64,000 bases of DNA from an uncultured Prevotella sp. (GTDB lineage Bacteria > Bacteroidota > Bacteroidia > Bacteroidales > Bacteroidaceae). The translations under genes and the position numbers were made by a program. The notes beneath the pieces are model-generated. The model was given only the letters and a program-made list of their open reading frames with translations. It made no database searches and was not told where the DNA came from. Where the stretch lies: positions 253 to 64,252 of the forward strand of contig CAJONO010000070.1 of assembly GCA_905235905.1 (NCBI GenBank), read 5' to 3'. Positions 9,037-20,400 of this stretch are shown here, one piece after another (position 1 is the stretch's first letter; every line of letters begins with the position of its first letter).

Positions 9037-11424
9037 TTATTGGTGGCCGTTGAACTCGAAGTCGAACTCATCATCGGCCTCGTCCTCCGTACCAAGGAAT
9101 TCGAATGGGTTGTTGCTCAGCTCGATGATGCGCCTGGCATAGTTCACCTTCGATGTCTTTCCGTCTTTCCCTATCACATTGGCGTAGGTGGCAACGGTAA
9201 CCTTGCCGTAGGGCATGTTCGAGAAGATGTTAAGGAGGATGTGGTAATTCTTTGACTTCACCTTCTTGATGGGGAAGTCCTTCTCAAGAATCTTCTTGCC
9301 AGAGTTGCTTTTGACCGTAACAGTCAGTCCCCAGTTCTTGATTTTTGCCGCTCCTACGATGGATAGGTCGGCCACAACGTAGAAGACTCTCTTGTCGTTG
9401 CCAATCTCAAGCACTTTTATCTGTCTCAGCCCCTTGCCCTTTTCATCGTCGTCGACATAGAGAATGTTAGGGGTGGCCGAAGTGAAATAGACGGCATTGT
9501 CGTTGTAGACATAGTCGTCTGAGCCTTCGATGAGGTGCGGGACGGCCTTGTAGAGCACATCCCGTTCAAGGTTGTCGAACTTATAGACGTATTTGTAGTT
9601 TTTGTCGTTCTGCAAGGGCCAGTCGGAGGTAGTGGCTGCCGTAGGATAGTAGGTTCCTACAGACTTCCCAGTCCCTGCGTTGATGATATCGATGTAGGGC
9701 GAGAACTGCCAATTCAGCACTTTGTAGAGGAAGCCCAAATCGGAATACTTCATTTCCATTTCGAAGACAACATCGGAGAAGTCGAAGCCGCCAGCCTCGT
9801 CGCCGCCCGACAGGTTGTAGACAAAGGTTGCATCCTTGTTGATCTTGGGATAGGGGTTGGTCTTGTATTCTGCAAACACCTTGACTTTGCCCACGGGGAA
9901 TTTCTGGTCGTAGAGGCTCTTGCCAATGAAGCTGAGTTTCAGGCCAAACTCCAGACCGCCCTGCACGTAGGCACGGAAGTAGTTGCGGTCGGAAACGGGC
10001 TGCTTCTCGCCTCCGCTGTTGATAAGCTCTTGCAGCGATGCCGAGGCTTTCACCTCGATGCCTGCCGACACGTAGCCGCCAAACGTGGCATCGAGCGTCA
10101 CTCCCTTTCCTACGCGAAGACCTACGCCGAGATGGCCGGTGATCTCAGCCTTGGCCTGGCCGGCAATCTCAAAGTCTAACTTGTTTGAGGACTTCTCGTC
10201 GAGCACCTTGTCGATGCGCTCCAGCTCGCCGTCCTTATAGTACATACCCTTGCGCTTGGCAGTGGTACGGGTGAAGGAGGCCTTTCCACAAAGCTCGAAG
10301 CTTAGCTCAAAATCGAATGAGGTGTTGAATACGAATGAGACAGGCCCCCAGATGGGTATGGCTATTTCAGGGCCGTCGATGGTCTGAAAGAGTTCGGTGC
10401 GCTTCGACACGCCCATCTTCTTCATCACATCCCTCGCCGGCTTCCACTGCGTCTCGACACCTCCGCAATAGCCGCCCTCTATCGTGAACTTGTGCTCGGT
10501 GATATCGTCGACATAATAATCGAAAAGGTCTTTGTCGGAGTCGATGCAGACATGGGTTATCTCGGTGTTGGTGCGGGTGTACTTGAACGCCCAGTAGAAG
10601 TTCTTGAACGTTTCGGCACCGAGGACTTGCTTGCCGCCAACGGTGAACTTGTTTTTCTTCTTGCCGCGGAAGTGCATGCCACCCTTCAGCCAGTTGGGCA
10701 CACGGCTATACATGGCAGCGCAGACAAAGCCTCCAGGCGGCTCGCCACCCACGATGTTGCGGGAATCAAAGCCAAACTCGAACGTCGAAACCTCAGTCTG
10801 GTCATGGTCGCCATCGGAATCTTCGCTGCGTGTCCTGGCCCAGGCTGGCGTTATGATTTCGTTGCCGTCATCATCGAACTTCCTCATGTCGTAGGGAGCG
10901 TAGGTGAAATTGGGTACCTCTTCCGATACATGCTCGCCCAGCGAGTCGGGATCGGTGTAGCCCAGAACGCGAGATTTGCTGCGGTCGATGGTACGGTCGA
11001 CGTTGAGCTTGAAGGTCTTGAACACTTCCTTGATGCCGGCCGGGGTACACACCACCTTGTAGAAGCCATCCTGATAGCCAGCCCATTCCACATAGTGCAT
11101 CAAGCCCCATGGGAGCTTCTCGGTGCAGCTGGAAAACACATGGCCTCCCTTGACGGGAAGATAGTCGGTGGGCGTGTTGTCCATGAAATACAGTATGGTG
11201 TCGGCCTCTACACGTACAAGATATTCTTGTATGTGGTCAGTCAGACTGCGGGTGTCGCTATTAAACTGATAGGTCACGTCTACCGTGTCGTTGACCTCAT
11301 GAACGGCTTCGTCGTAGCCACGCTCCTCTTCAGGTTGTATGTCTGCCTCGTCCATATAGAGCGTACACCCCGTAAGGAGAAGTGCAGCAAGGAGGAGGTT
11401 GTAGATTGGTAGTCTCCGCATCAT
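9037..11424 (-). CDS. Uncharacterised outer-membrane lipoprotein (795 aa), last gene of the 20-kb operon
   Basis: Lipobox LLLTGC followed by acidic residues, a beta-strand-rich middle, Ig/FN3-like C-terminal part and an acidic tail. No enzyme motif recognised. Confidence 0.8.
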   Translation of the reverse strand: MMRRLPIYNLLLAALLLTGCTLYMDEADIQPEEERGYDEAVHEVNDTVDVTYQFNSDTRSLTDHIQEYLVRVEADTILYFMDNTPTDYLPVKGGHVFSSCTEKLPWGLMHYVEWAGYQDGFYKVVCTPAGIKEVFKTFKLNVDRTIDRSKSRVLGYTDPDSLGEHVSEEVPNFTYAPYDMRKFDDDGNEIITPAWARTRSEDSDGDHDQTEVSTFEFGFDSRNIVGGEPPGGFVCAAMYSRVPNWLKGGMHFRGKKKNKFTVGGKQVLGAETFKNFYWAFKYTRTNTEITHVCIDSDKDLFDYYVDDITEHKFTIEGGYCGGVETQWKPARDVMKKMGVSKRTELFQTIDGPEIAIPIWGPVSFVFNTSFDFELSFELCGKASFTRTTAKRKGMYYKDGELERIDKVLDEKSSNKLDFEIAGQAKAEITGHLGVGLRVGKGVTLDATFGGYVSAGIEVKASASLQELINSGGEKQPVSDRNYFRAYVQGGLEFGLKLSFIGKSLYDQKFPVGKVKVFAEYKTNPYPKINKDATFVYNLSGGDEAGGFDFSDVVFEMEMKYSDLGFLYKVLNWQFSPYIDIINAGTGKSVGTYYPTAATTSDWPLQNDKNYKYVYKFDNLERDVLYKAVPHLIEGSDDYVYNDNAVYFTSATPNILYVDDDEKGKGLRQIKVLEIGNDKRVFYVVADLSIVGAAKIKNWGLTVTVKSNSGKKILEKDFPIKKVKSKNYHILLNIFSNMPYGKVTVATYANVIGKDGKTSKVNYARRIIELSNNPFEFLGTEDEADDEFDFEFNGHQ

Positions 11425-11448
11425 AGCTTTAGCGTTTCTTTATATTCG

Positions 11449-12129
11449 TTATTTCTTCAGTTCTATCAGATTAGAGAGGGTGCCATGCGTCATGCCGTCA
11501 AATTCGATGGTCTTGTCGAAAGTGGTTACAACGCCCTTGCCGCGTTCATAGCAGCGGAAGGTCACGTTGACGGGGTTGTCCTCGTCGGACTCTTCATCAC
11601 TGTAGATGCGAATGGCCCAATAGGTCGTGTTGCCTGTACGTAGCAGACGGCCTGTGCCGCACAGTTCGTCGTCAATGAATGCCCCAATCACAAACTTGTC
11701 GCTGTTTGTCGCATTGCCAACCTGAACACTGGCATAGACCACCATGTCGTATTGATGTGCATAGATATCCAAAGTCTTTGTCCAGTTGGGAATGACGGTC
11801 ACTGTGCAGCTGTCTTTTTGCCCGCCGTTGACACTGGTGCAGCGCACCTTCAGTTTTCCAGCGCTGACCCCTACCACGGTGTCGGCTACGAAAACAGCCC
11901 GCTCGGTAGAGTCGGAAGCCCAGAACACGGAATGTTCCTTTCCGTCGTCGGGACTGAAAGATGCACTTAGCTTACAGCTGTCACCAACCATCAGGGTCAG
12001 CTCGTGGCTGCTGATGGTCATCGTTTGCTGAACCAGTTCCTCTTCTTCACCGAAGTCAAGATAGTCGCCACAAGCAACGAAGAGCAATGGAAAGAAGAGG
12101 ACAATGGATGATGATAATTTTTGCATCAT
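11449..12129 (-). CDS. Lipoprotein with an Ig-like (Big_2) domain and a GAFxxxELCG domain
   Basis: Lipobox FVAC followed by DYLDFGEEEE; Big_2-like LTLMVGDSCKLSASFSP...VFWASD; C-terminal DMVVYA...IGAFIDDELCGTG. Confidence 0.82.
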   Translation of the reverse strand: MMQKLSSSIVLFFPLLFVACGDYLDFGEEEELVQQTMTISSHELTLMVGDSCKLSASFSPDDGKEHSVFWASDSTERAVFVADTVVGVSAGKLKVRCTSVNGGQKDSCTVTVIPNWTKTLDIYAHQYDMVVYASVQVGNATNSDKFVIGAFIDDELCGTGRLLRTGNTTYWAIRIYSDEESDEDNPVNVTFRCYERGKGVVTTFDKTIEFDGMTHGTLSNLIELKK

Positions 12130-12145
12130 AGTAGTCTGGTTTTAG

Positions 12146-14467
12146 TCATTTCTTTTTCTCTGCGGGAGCCGAGACTGTCACAGTGTTGGAAGGTTCACTT
12201 GCCCGGCCGTCGGCATATTGGATCATGATGTAGTAGTGGGCTTGTTCGCCTGGCTGCAGCAGACGGTCTTCGAACGAGCGCTCCTCGGGCTGGGCCGACA
12301 GGAGGAACTGGGGACGCTCATCGTCGGGTCCTTGGCGGTAGATACAGAAATACCACTCGCCAGAGTAGGGAGGATTGGCTTCCATCTCCCATGCCAAGTG
12401 GGTTTCTCCCTGCTCAGCCACATAGTCACCGTGCAACCTGACGGGCCAGGAGAAGAGCAATTCACCATCGAAGCGCACCATGTACTGGAGGCTAAGACCA
12501 CTGCTCACGTCGCTGTAGTTGAATGACTCGATGGCATAAACCCATTGCTCTTTGACACTGGCATCGGGCGTGTCAAGAATTTCTATCACGTCGTGACAGG
12601 CCTTCACGGAGTCGGCATTACAGACGCGCAGCAGCGTCCATTCCTCCTGACTCTCTAAACGGCGCAGCACCCAGTGGTAGGCCATCAGTTCGTCGTTGCC
12701 CGCTATCCAACGCATATAGATGCCCTTGCCGTCGACAGCCGTTGAATCGAGGTGTGCCTGGGCAGGAGGCACGTTGGAAGGACGGATGACCTGAAGTCTT
12801 TCAGAGAAATTGCCGATGTTTTGGGAGAAGTCAACTGCACGTACCTTATAATATATATATTTCTGGTTAGCCTCCATAGAAATCGTGTCGGTCCACACTG
12901 TGTCGCGTGTCTGACCGTGTTTCTGGGTCATGAACTGGTGAGTGGTGTCATTGGCAAACACTATCTCGTAGTAGTCCACGTCATCGGCCTCGTCGAGTGC
13001 ATTCCAAGTAAGGGTAATCGTACCTGTCTCAGCATTGCCCTTGGCCGTCAGTCCTGTGGGGGCCTTGGGAGGGCGCATGTCGCTGACACGCAGAAGCTGC
13101 GGTATGGCATAGCTCACGTTGTGGGCCGTGTCGTAGGCAGCAATGGTTACGTCGCCGCTGACAAGGTTGGTCACGTCGATACGGCAGACGGTGTCAGTAC
13201 GGGCCAGTGGCTTATCTAACAACGGGCGCCACTTGCCTTCAGTGGCTCGCTCATGGTGGTACATGGGTACGCAACCCACGAAGTCGACTTCCATTGTGTC
13301 CTTTTCAAAATGGATCTCAGCCCACACCTCAGCCGACGGGTCGTTCTCGCGGGGACGCTCAATGTTGATCCAGGTGATTTGCGGCGGGCGCGGAGCTTCC
13401 ATGTCGCCCACCTTGACGGTGTGTATGGGCGAAGGCTCAGTAAGGTCGCCAAAAGGGTCGTGTGCCAAGATGCGATACTCGTAGGTGCCGGGGTGTGGCA
13501 CGACGTCTCCGTAGAAGCAGTCTTGGCCCCCCAGCTCGGGTAGCATGACCAGATAGGGCTTGTCGTTCAAACGCGCCCACTTCGACTGTCCCTTTTCGCG
13601 GCGCTCTATCTCGTAACTGCTATACACCCTGTCTTCCCAGTTGATTTGCACATTGCTGGGCGGCGTGACGCTGTCGGTAATCGTCACGTCGAAGGGCTGT
13701 GGCTTCTGCGGCACGTTTTCTACATCTTCTATCAGACCCACGTTGAGCATGACATGCATCGTGGTGTCCTCTTGCGAAGGAACGATACTGTAAGAGTAGT
13801 GCTCTCCACGCTTCACTTTCTTGTCGACGAAACGCATAGCCATGTGATTGGCCATGTCGGGACGCCACTCGCTGACGAGTACGGCTACACCCAAGGCCAT
13901 CATTTGGTCCTGATGAATATCGAAGAGCGAACCCATGCTGCCTGGCTCCTCCTTACTGTTGCTCTCGTCGTAGTGGTCGAGATTGTAGATGGAGCCATAG
14001 CCCATGGAGGCCACAGAGTCTTTCTCACCATAGATCTGGCGGAAACGCTCCAGGGGTAATGGCTTGAGCGCCAAGGCGAGCGTGTCAATATCACCCGTGA
14101 CAGGATCAAGTCGAAGGACATCGACACCGACATGGATGAGATGACGCCACGTCACATAATCTGGAGCCGACCAGCGCAACACCACGCTGTCACCGTAGGT
14201 GCGGCAGAGCACCTTGATGTCTTGTACGTAGAGTTGGCGATCCTTGGCGCGCTGCTGCTCATTGAAGGCTGCCGTGTCGCGAATCTCGCCTGGCAGGTAC
14301 CGGCGGATGGGCATCGGCCCTGACGTGGTGTCGACGGTGAGGGTGTCTGTGTCGTCAGCTAACGGCATCATACGCAGGCGTGGTGTTGCCCATACCGTTC
14401 CTGCAAGATAGGCAACAGCCACAAAGGCCAGTGTCTTTATAATAGTCTTGTGATTCATATCGGTCAT
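12146..14467 (-). CDS. Secreted/periplasmic fibronectin type III repeat protein (773 aa)
   Basis: Signal peptide and several FN3-like units (DSVVLRW, YEIERR...YEYRILAHDPFG, PPKAPTGL...ITLTW, YYKVRAVDFSQNIG, ASEPSNTVTV). Confidence 0.85.
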   Translation of the reverse strand: MTDMNHKTIIKTLAFVAVAYLAGTVWATPRLRMMPLADDTDTLTVDTTSGPMPIRRYLPGEIRDTAAFNEQQRAKDRQLYVQDIKVLCRTYGDSVVLRWSAPDYVTWRHLIHVGVDVLRLDPVTGDIDTLALALKPLPLERFRQIYGEKDSVASMGYGSIYNLDHYDESNSKEEPGSMGSLFDIHQDQMMALGVAVLVSEWRPDMANHMAMRFVDKKVKRGEHYSYSIVPSQEDTTMHVMLNVGLIEDVENVPQKPQPFDVTITDSVTPPSNVQINWEDRVYSSYEIERREKGQSKWARLNDKPYLVMLPELGGQDCFYGDVVPHPGTYEYRILAHDPFGDLTEPSPIHTVKVGDMEAPRPPQITWINIERPRENDPSAEVWAEIHFEKDTMEVDFVGCVPMYHHERATEGKWRPLLDKPLARTDTVCRIDVTNLVSGDVTIAAYDTAHNVSYAIPQLLRVSDMRPPKAPTGLTAKGNAETGTITLTWNALDEADDVDYYEIVFANDTTHQFMTQKHGQTRDTVWTDTISMEANQKYIYYKVRAVDFSQNIGNFSERLQVIRPSNVPPAQAHLDSTAVDGKGIYMRWIAGNDELMAYHWVLRRLESQEEWTLLRVCNADSVKACHDVIEILDTPDASVKEQWVYAIESFNYSDVSSGLSLQYMVRFDGELLFSWPVRLHGDYVAEQGETHLAWEMEANPPYSGEWYFCIYRQGPDDERPQFLLSAQPEERSFEDRLLQPGEQAHYYIMIQYADGRASEPSNTVTVSAPAEKKK

Positions 14468-14473
14468 GCGTAA

Positions 14474-17400
14474 TTATTTCTGATTATAGTAGGTGAGCGG
14501 GTTGCTGAGGTCGAAACTCTCCTCATAACCGCCGTTCGCATTCGTATTGATGGTATAGTTGCAGTCATTGTAGTCGTAGGCGTTGACACGGTATATTGAG
14601 AAATTGGCATTCTTCATACGCTTCTGCATGGTTGTGTTGTTGACGAAAGCGTCACGAGAGTGCCTGTTCTTCTTGTCCATGCTGTCGCCACGTACGTTTT
14701 CAGTACCCAGGAGGCCGCAGAACACCCATTCGGAATTAGACTCATGGCCACGCGCATAGTCGAACTTCTTGCACTGCGACGCATAGTTCTTTAGGGTGCC
14801 CCATAAGGTCAGCTTCTTTTTTGACGCCACGTTAGCCAGCATAGAGCCCCAGATGATGGGGAACTGATAACAGGGAACCTGCAGCTTGACACTGTTGAAA
14901 GAGGTGGAGCAGTATTGTCCGCGACGTGCCTGATACCACTTTTCCATACCGTTAGCCTCGTTGGTGAACGTCTTGTTATCGCCATCAATCTTGTCTATCT
15001 GCTTGCAATAGCTGTAAATAGCGTCACTGAATTTCTCGGCAGCCTGATAGATGCTGTACATGTCGCTGATGTAGCCCTGCACCTGTACATAGCGCTTGGA
15101 GCTTGGACGATAGATGGCAGCGCGGTCAAGACCTGTAAGCACATAGCTGTATTGACCACCGAGCACAGGGAGCGGATACTTGGCCAGCTTGCTCCACTGC
15201 GGACGGTCGTATATGGAGAGCGCCTTAATCTTCTCGTAGTCCTTGAATGTGTTGCTGGCATTCCTTGCAGAGCCGAGTTTTCCTTCGTATACACCGCCCT
15301 TGTCGGTATAGACAACCGACTGTGCCGTGGTGATGTTCATGTCTATGCGGTCGGCATCGAACTCCCATCCACCCACGAAGGCGTAGTTGCTCAGGTAACC
15401 GATGTATAGATAGGGATCGAAAAGCATGTATCTCGGATCGCGAGAGACATGGTAGTCTTCGATGCTGTTACGCTTATCGTTCCATGAGACGCTGTTAATG
15501 CGGCAACCTACGAATGGTCTCTCGTATTGCAAGGATGAGCCGTCTTTTCCTTCCTTCCAGTTGGATTTCGTCGGTATCACCCAAATGTCGGCAATCACCT
15601 CAGTGCTGGTGACGTACTTGTTGTTCACACGTTGGCTCGTCTCATACTCCAGCTTAATCTTATAGCCTGTCTTTCCGTCGGTTGTAAAGCCTGTAAAGGC
15701 CGATTCTGGCTGCATGTTACAAGTGCTGCTGGTCGTTACCCACTTGTTGTTACGGGTGCAAAGGACTTTGCCACTGTTTGAATAGAGTTTCCATCTCAGT
15801 GTGCCCTTATTAAACGCCTTACCCTTGAGGTTGGTGGTCAGCGCAAACGTCGGGTACTTCACGTCATTTTCATGAGAATACCAGTAACTCGTTGTACCTG
15901 AAGGCTGCCTGATCTTGTTATAATAAGACGGATAGGCAATGGCGATGTATTCCTGAAGGTCGGGAACGTCCTCAACAGCCTTTCTCGGACCTGTGCAGAA
16001 GTAGTAGGTCTTCGACTGGTTCCATGCCTTGCTCACATATTTCTTCTTATTGGCATCCCAATTCATAGGATCAACCTCCACGCCCTTCTGTATCTCCTTG
16101 GCATAACCAGAGACGGTCATCTCATAGTAGCAGTTGGGATTGAGGCTTGTGATGTCGATATAGTTGGCATAGCGACTCTGTCCCTTCAGATAGAAAGTAC
16201 GTGTGGTGTAGCGGCTTGTGTTCTTAGAGGAATACTCCTTCAGCGTTACCTTCGACTCGACATTCGAGCGGAAGATGAAGGTGCGCGAGGCCTCCATATC
16301 CAAATCGGAGGGATCACCGTCGTAGTTCTTCTTCAATCGCGCTTTCTCGGTTTCGTCAAGTACGCGGAACGGCTCCTTTAACGGGGCTTCGGTGTAGAAG
16401 CACGGACGAGAGAGCAGTTCGGGGTCAATCTTATTCTTGTCGGCCCAGCCCTTATCCTTGCTGTCGTAGCCAATCGTCAGGTCGCCAAAGAGCTTGAATT
16501 CATCCAGGGCGTTGCCCATGAAGAGATCGCACTCGTCGCCGCAAGAGAAGCGATACTTGCGGTTGATGTCGACCAGGCCGCCCAACAGCTTCATCTTTAC
16601 ACGAGCTTCACCGTCGAAATGAGAAGGTTTCGGTCCTTGCATACGGAACACACCACCAATACCGCAGTCGGCCACATCGAAGTCTTTCTTCCAGAAGCCA
16701 AGGTTGATGCGCAATCCGAACTTGGCATAAAGATAAGCATAGAGCTGACCGTAGCCATACCATCCTTTCCAGCCTGGCTGCCCCTTGATATTGGTACAGT
16801 AGGCGTTACTGGGCAGTTTGACAATACTGATGTCGAAGCCTGCTGTGGCACCAGCATTGAGATAGAAAATGCCAAGGTCAACATCAAGGTATCCATAGAT
16901 CTGTGCACCGAACATTACGCCGCCGCCGATAGAGGCAATCTGATCATTGAACTCCTTCAGCGACAACTCACGTGCTTGGTTGGCCTTGCTCACGTCGGCA
17001 CTTTCAATGCCACTCTTGTTATTGCCGTCAAGGAACTTTCGAATCTCGTAGGGAATGTCAGGTAGCTTGCCGTTGTTGGGAAGCTCGTTGCCCACGCAGA
17101 CATAACCGTTTGCGCCAATGTTAACCGAAAGAATTGGCGACTTCACCTGCAAAAAGGTATACACACATCGTTTTGAGATTTCCGGTTCGCCCAGATAGAC
17201 GTGCCATTTCGCATTGCTCAGCTTCTGGCCGTTTTTCTTCATGGTAATCATGAACTGTAGCGAAATCTTCGCACCCGCACTGGCACTAAGGCTACTGCCG
17301 TTTTTACCTGATTTCGATGAGGCTACGCTGCTCGATTGCTTGTCGTCAGTCTTGCCCCCAAGGCCATCCATCGCCGCTCGTTTCGTCAGTTTTTTGTATG

Positions 17401-20400
17401 AACTGTTCAGTTTCTGTTTCAAGTCGCCCAGCGACTTCATAGTCGAACTGTTGCTTACCTTCTGAGCCAGCTTCTCACAGTCGGCAGAGGCATCGACCGT
17501 TATGTCGAGCTTAAAGAACTGGTCACGGTTGTCATTCTGGTAAAGCACGTTCACATCGGCACTCACCAGTCCTTCCACAGCTTGCACCTTGCCTTGGAAC
17601 AGGAAAGTACTCAGGCGATTATTCTTGCTGTCATAGACCACTGTGAGGTCGAGGTCAGCGGAGAGCATGCTCTCGCCCGCAGTGGTAGAGAGTCCCAAGC
17701 CTGCCACCACACCGATAATACCCTCTTCGGGATCAGCACTGGCACCGTTCTTCTTACAGTTATAATAGAATCCCGCGCTGATGCGGTGGATCTTTACCGG
17801 ATCGATGGGGATGCCCGCTTTGCCACCAGCGGCAGCATAGAACCAACCGTAGGTGAACTGTTTGTTGCCGTTCTTCTTCTTGAAGTATCCACCGTTGGCA
17901 TCGATATAGAAGAGGTCGCCCGGCATTTTGAACTTCAGCGTTCCGGCATATCCCTCGCGATCGTTATTGTTACGTTCCACGGTGAGCGAGCCGCTGATTT
18001 CCATGCCTGCGAACTTGGTGTCGAACGCGGCCTTCTCGAACTCGGTCTTATCGTAACTGATGCTGATATCAGACAGCTTGCTCAGGTCGCTCGGCAGTTT
18101 CACATCCGCATAGATACTAAGTCCCGCACTTGCACTCAGCTCAATGCCACTGATAAGCTTGATGCTGCCCTCGATACTGGCTTTCAGCTTATTGTTATTA
18201 TAGTTGAAGGAGTATTTGTCGAGTGAGAATTCAAACGGACCGAGTTTCTTCGAGGGCGACGCAAGCGACCACTTGCCAGTGTGGAAATAGATCTTATTAT
18301 TCGCCAGCACGAATTCCTTGCCCTGATAGAGCTGCTTACCCGATAGCTTCGCGTTCTTGGCTGCCTGCTGCATGGAACTCTCATACTTCGATGTCCAGCT
18401 GTTGGGACAGTTGGCCAGTCGCATGCCGCAGAAGTGAACGCCAGGAATCTCGAACTTGATGGGCAGACTAGAATTCTTAATCTTCTTGTTCAGATAGTCG
18501 GTGCCGCCTATGGTCAGGTCGCCACCCATCATCAACTCCACTTTGGTGTCCTGGCCACTGGCTGTAGGCAATGACTCCAAAAGGAAATAGGTCTGGTCCT
18601 TCTGGAACTTTGCCTCAGCCAAGAAGAAGTCGAGCGAGAGATTGTCGACTTGCTGCGTCTTGAACACATAAGCAAATTGTCCGGCATTCTTCGTGTTCGA
18701 GGTCTGCTTATGAATCTGACAGCTATAGGCAATCTTTCCGCTGAGTAGAGGCACACTAAACTTGCCCGAGAAGTGGCAGTCCTTGAAATCGTTCTGCACA
18801 AACGAAAGCCCCACCTTTTCGAGTGAGAACGACCATCCTCCCACCTTGCCCGTCTGTGCCGAAAACACCTTGTCGGCACCAAGGTCGAGCGTAGCCCCCG
18901 ACTTGTCGATAAACATGTCGGTGGCAGCCAGTTCTAATCGGTCTGTTCCCTTTGTGCCTATCTCAAGTGATTTGGGGAACTTTACACCAATTTTCTTGAT
19001 ATAGAGGCCCTGCCAAGCATTGATATTTGAGTTACAGTCGGACTTTTTCTTGTCGTACTTCGACGGAAAGCTGCCCAACTTATTCGAATTCCGTGTCAAC
19101 GAGTGGTCGTAGACAATGTCGGTTGCTGTGAATGTCCATCCTGGCAGGTCTTCTACTTGGAAAGGATCAATCGTCACGTTATCCACCATCCAGTCGTCCC
19201 ATGAGGCGAAACTGGCTCGCACGTTTAGAACTGGCTTCTCTTTGGTGGCCACTCCGTTCACTTCCTTCACCAGCTTGGGGATGAGCATATCAACATCGAT
19301 GCCGAGCATCTCCAGTTTTCCTGCCTTCCAGGCGATGTAGCATCCGTCCACTGGCTCCAGCACATTCTTGGGAGCCTTGAAATTCATCTCATAGCCCGAC
19401 TTGGGGTCGGTGATATTGAAGTCGCTTAGCAATGCGATGGTACCAGCCTCTGGCAGCACTGTGTTTGGAGAGATGCAAAGCCGAGGAGCGCCGAAGACGA
19501 GGATGTCATTCTTCGTGTAGTTGGAGTTAGGAAGTGTGAACTCGCCTATGATGTCCATAGTGGCATAGGTGGGTGCAAACTTCATGGTAGTAATCTGGAT
19601 GTCGACCGGGGTCTTGTTGATGCTTTTGGGTAGCTGGAGAGGAAGATGCAGGTCGCTTATTTCACCTTTCAAGAACGTGTTCCAAATGCTTTGCCCTTTC
19701 TTGACGTATGAGTAGTATTTCGAAAGGTCAATCTTTTGGGCTATGCTTTTTATGCCATCGGTAGATTTCTGTTGAATCTTGTCGGAATAGGGTATGGAAG
19801 TGTCGCCTATCAAATTGTCAATGCCCCAATCGGAAAACAGCTTGTCGACGACGTCACTGTTGCTAAGATTCTTTTGGGAGTCATCTTGGTAGGTTATGCA
19901 AAGACCATCGTAGGCAATATCGTCTTCGTTGATGTAGAGGGCATCGAATTTCACGGCAACCATTGTCTTGATGCCCAAGGGGCGCCACTCAATATGACCT
20001 TTACCCTTGTAGCAGTCCTTGCCAGGAACCTTCTGTATTTCTTTGATGGTGAGGTTGTATTCACCAACACCGATAGTCGTTTTCTTAAGTTCGTCAATAG
20101 ATTTTTTTGTTGGTGTCGTGCTTTCAATGACTGTGGTGGCCGAACACTGGAACAGCTTGCGTGTCAAACGCTCATTCATCGCGAAGTCTACGACGTTCTT
20201 GTCGCCTTCATAGCGCACGGATGTCTCGTTCTTGCACTTAGGTGTGACTCGCAATAAAAGATATGAACCACCCTCAGCCTTGTCCTTGATTTTTTCCCAA
20301 CGAACTGTGTCGGACAGTGCTTTCGTTGTTAGCGTGAAAATGGGTTTTGTCTTGACAACGGCTTCGGGATCACATTCGTTACCGCAAAACAACTCAACAG

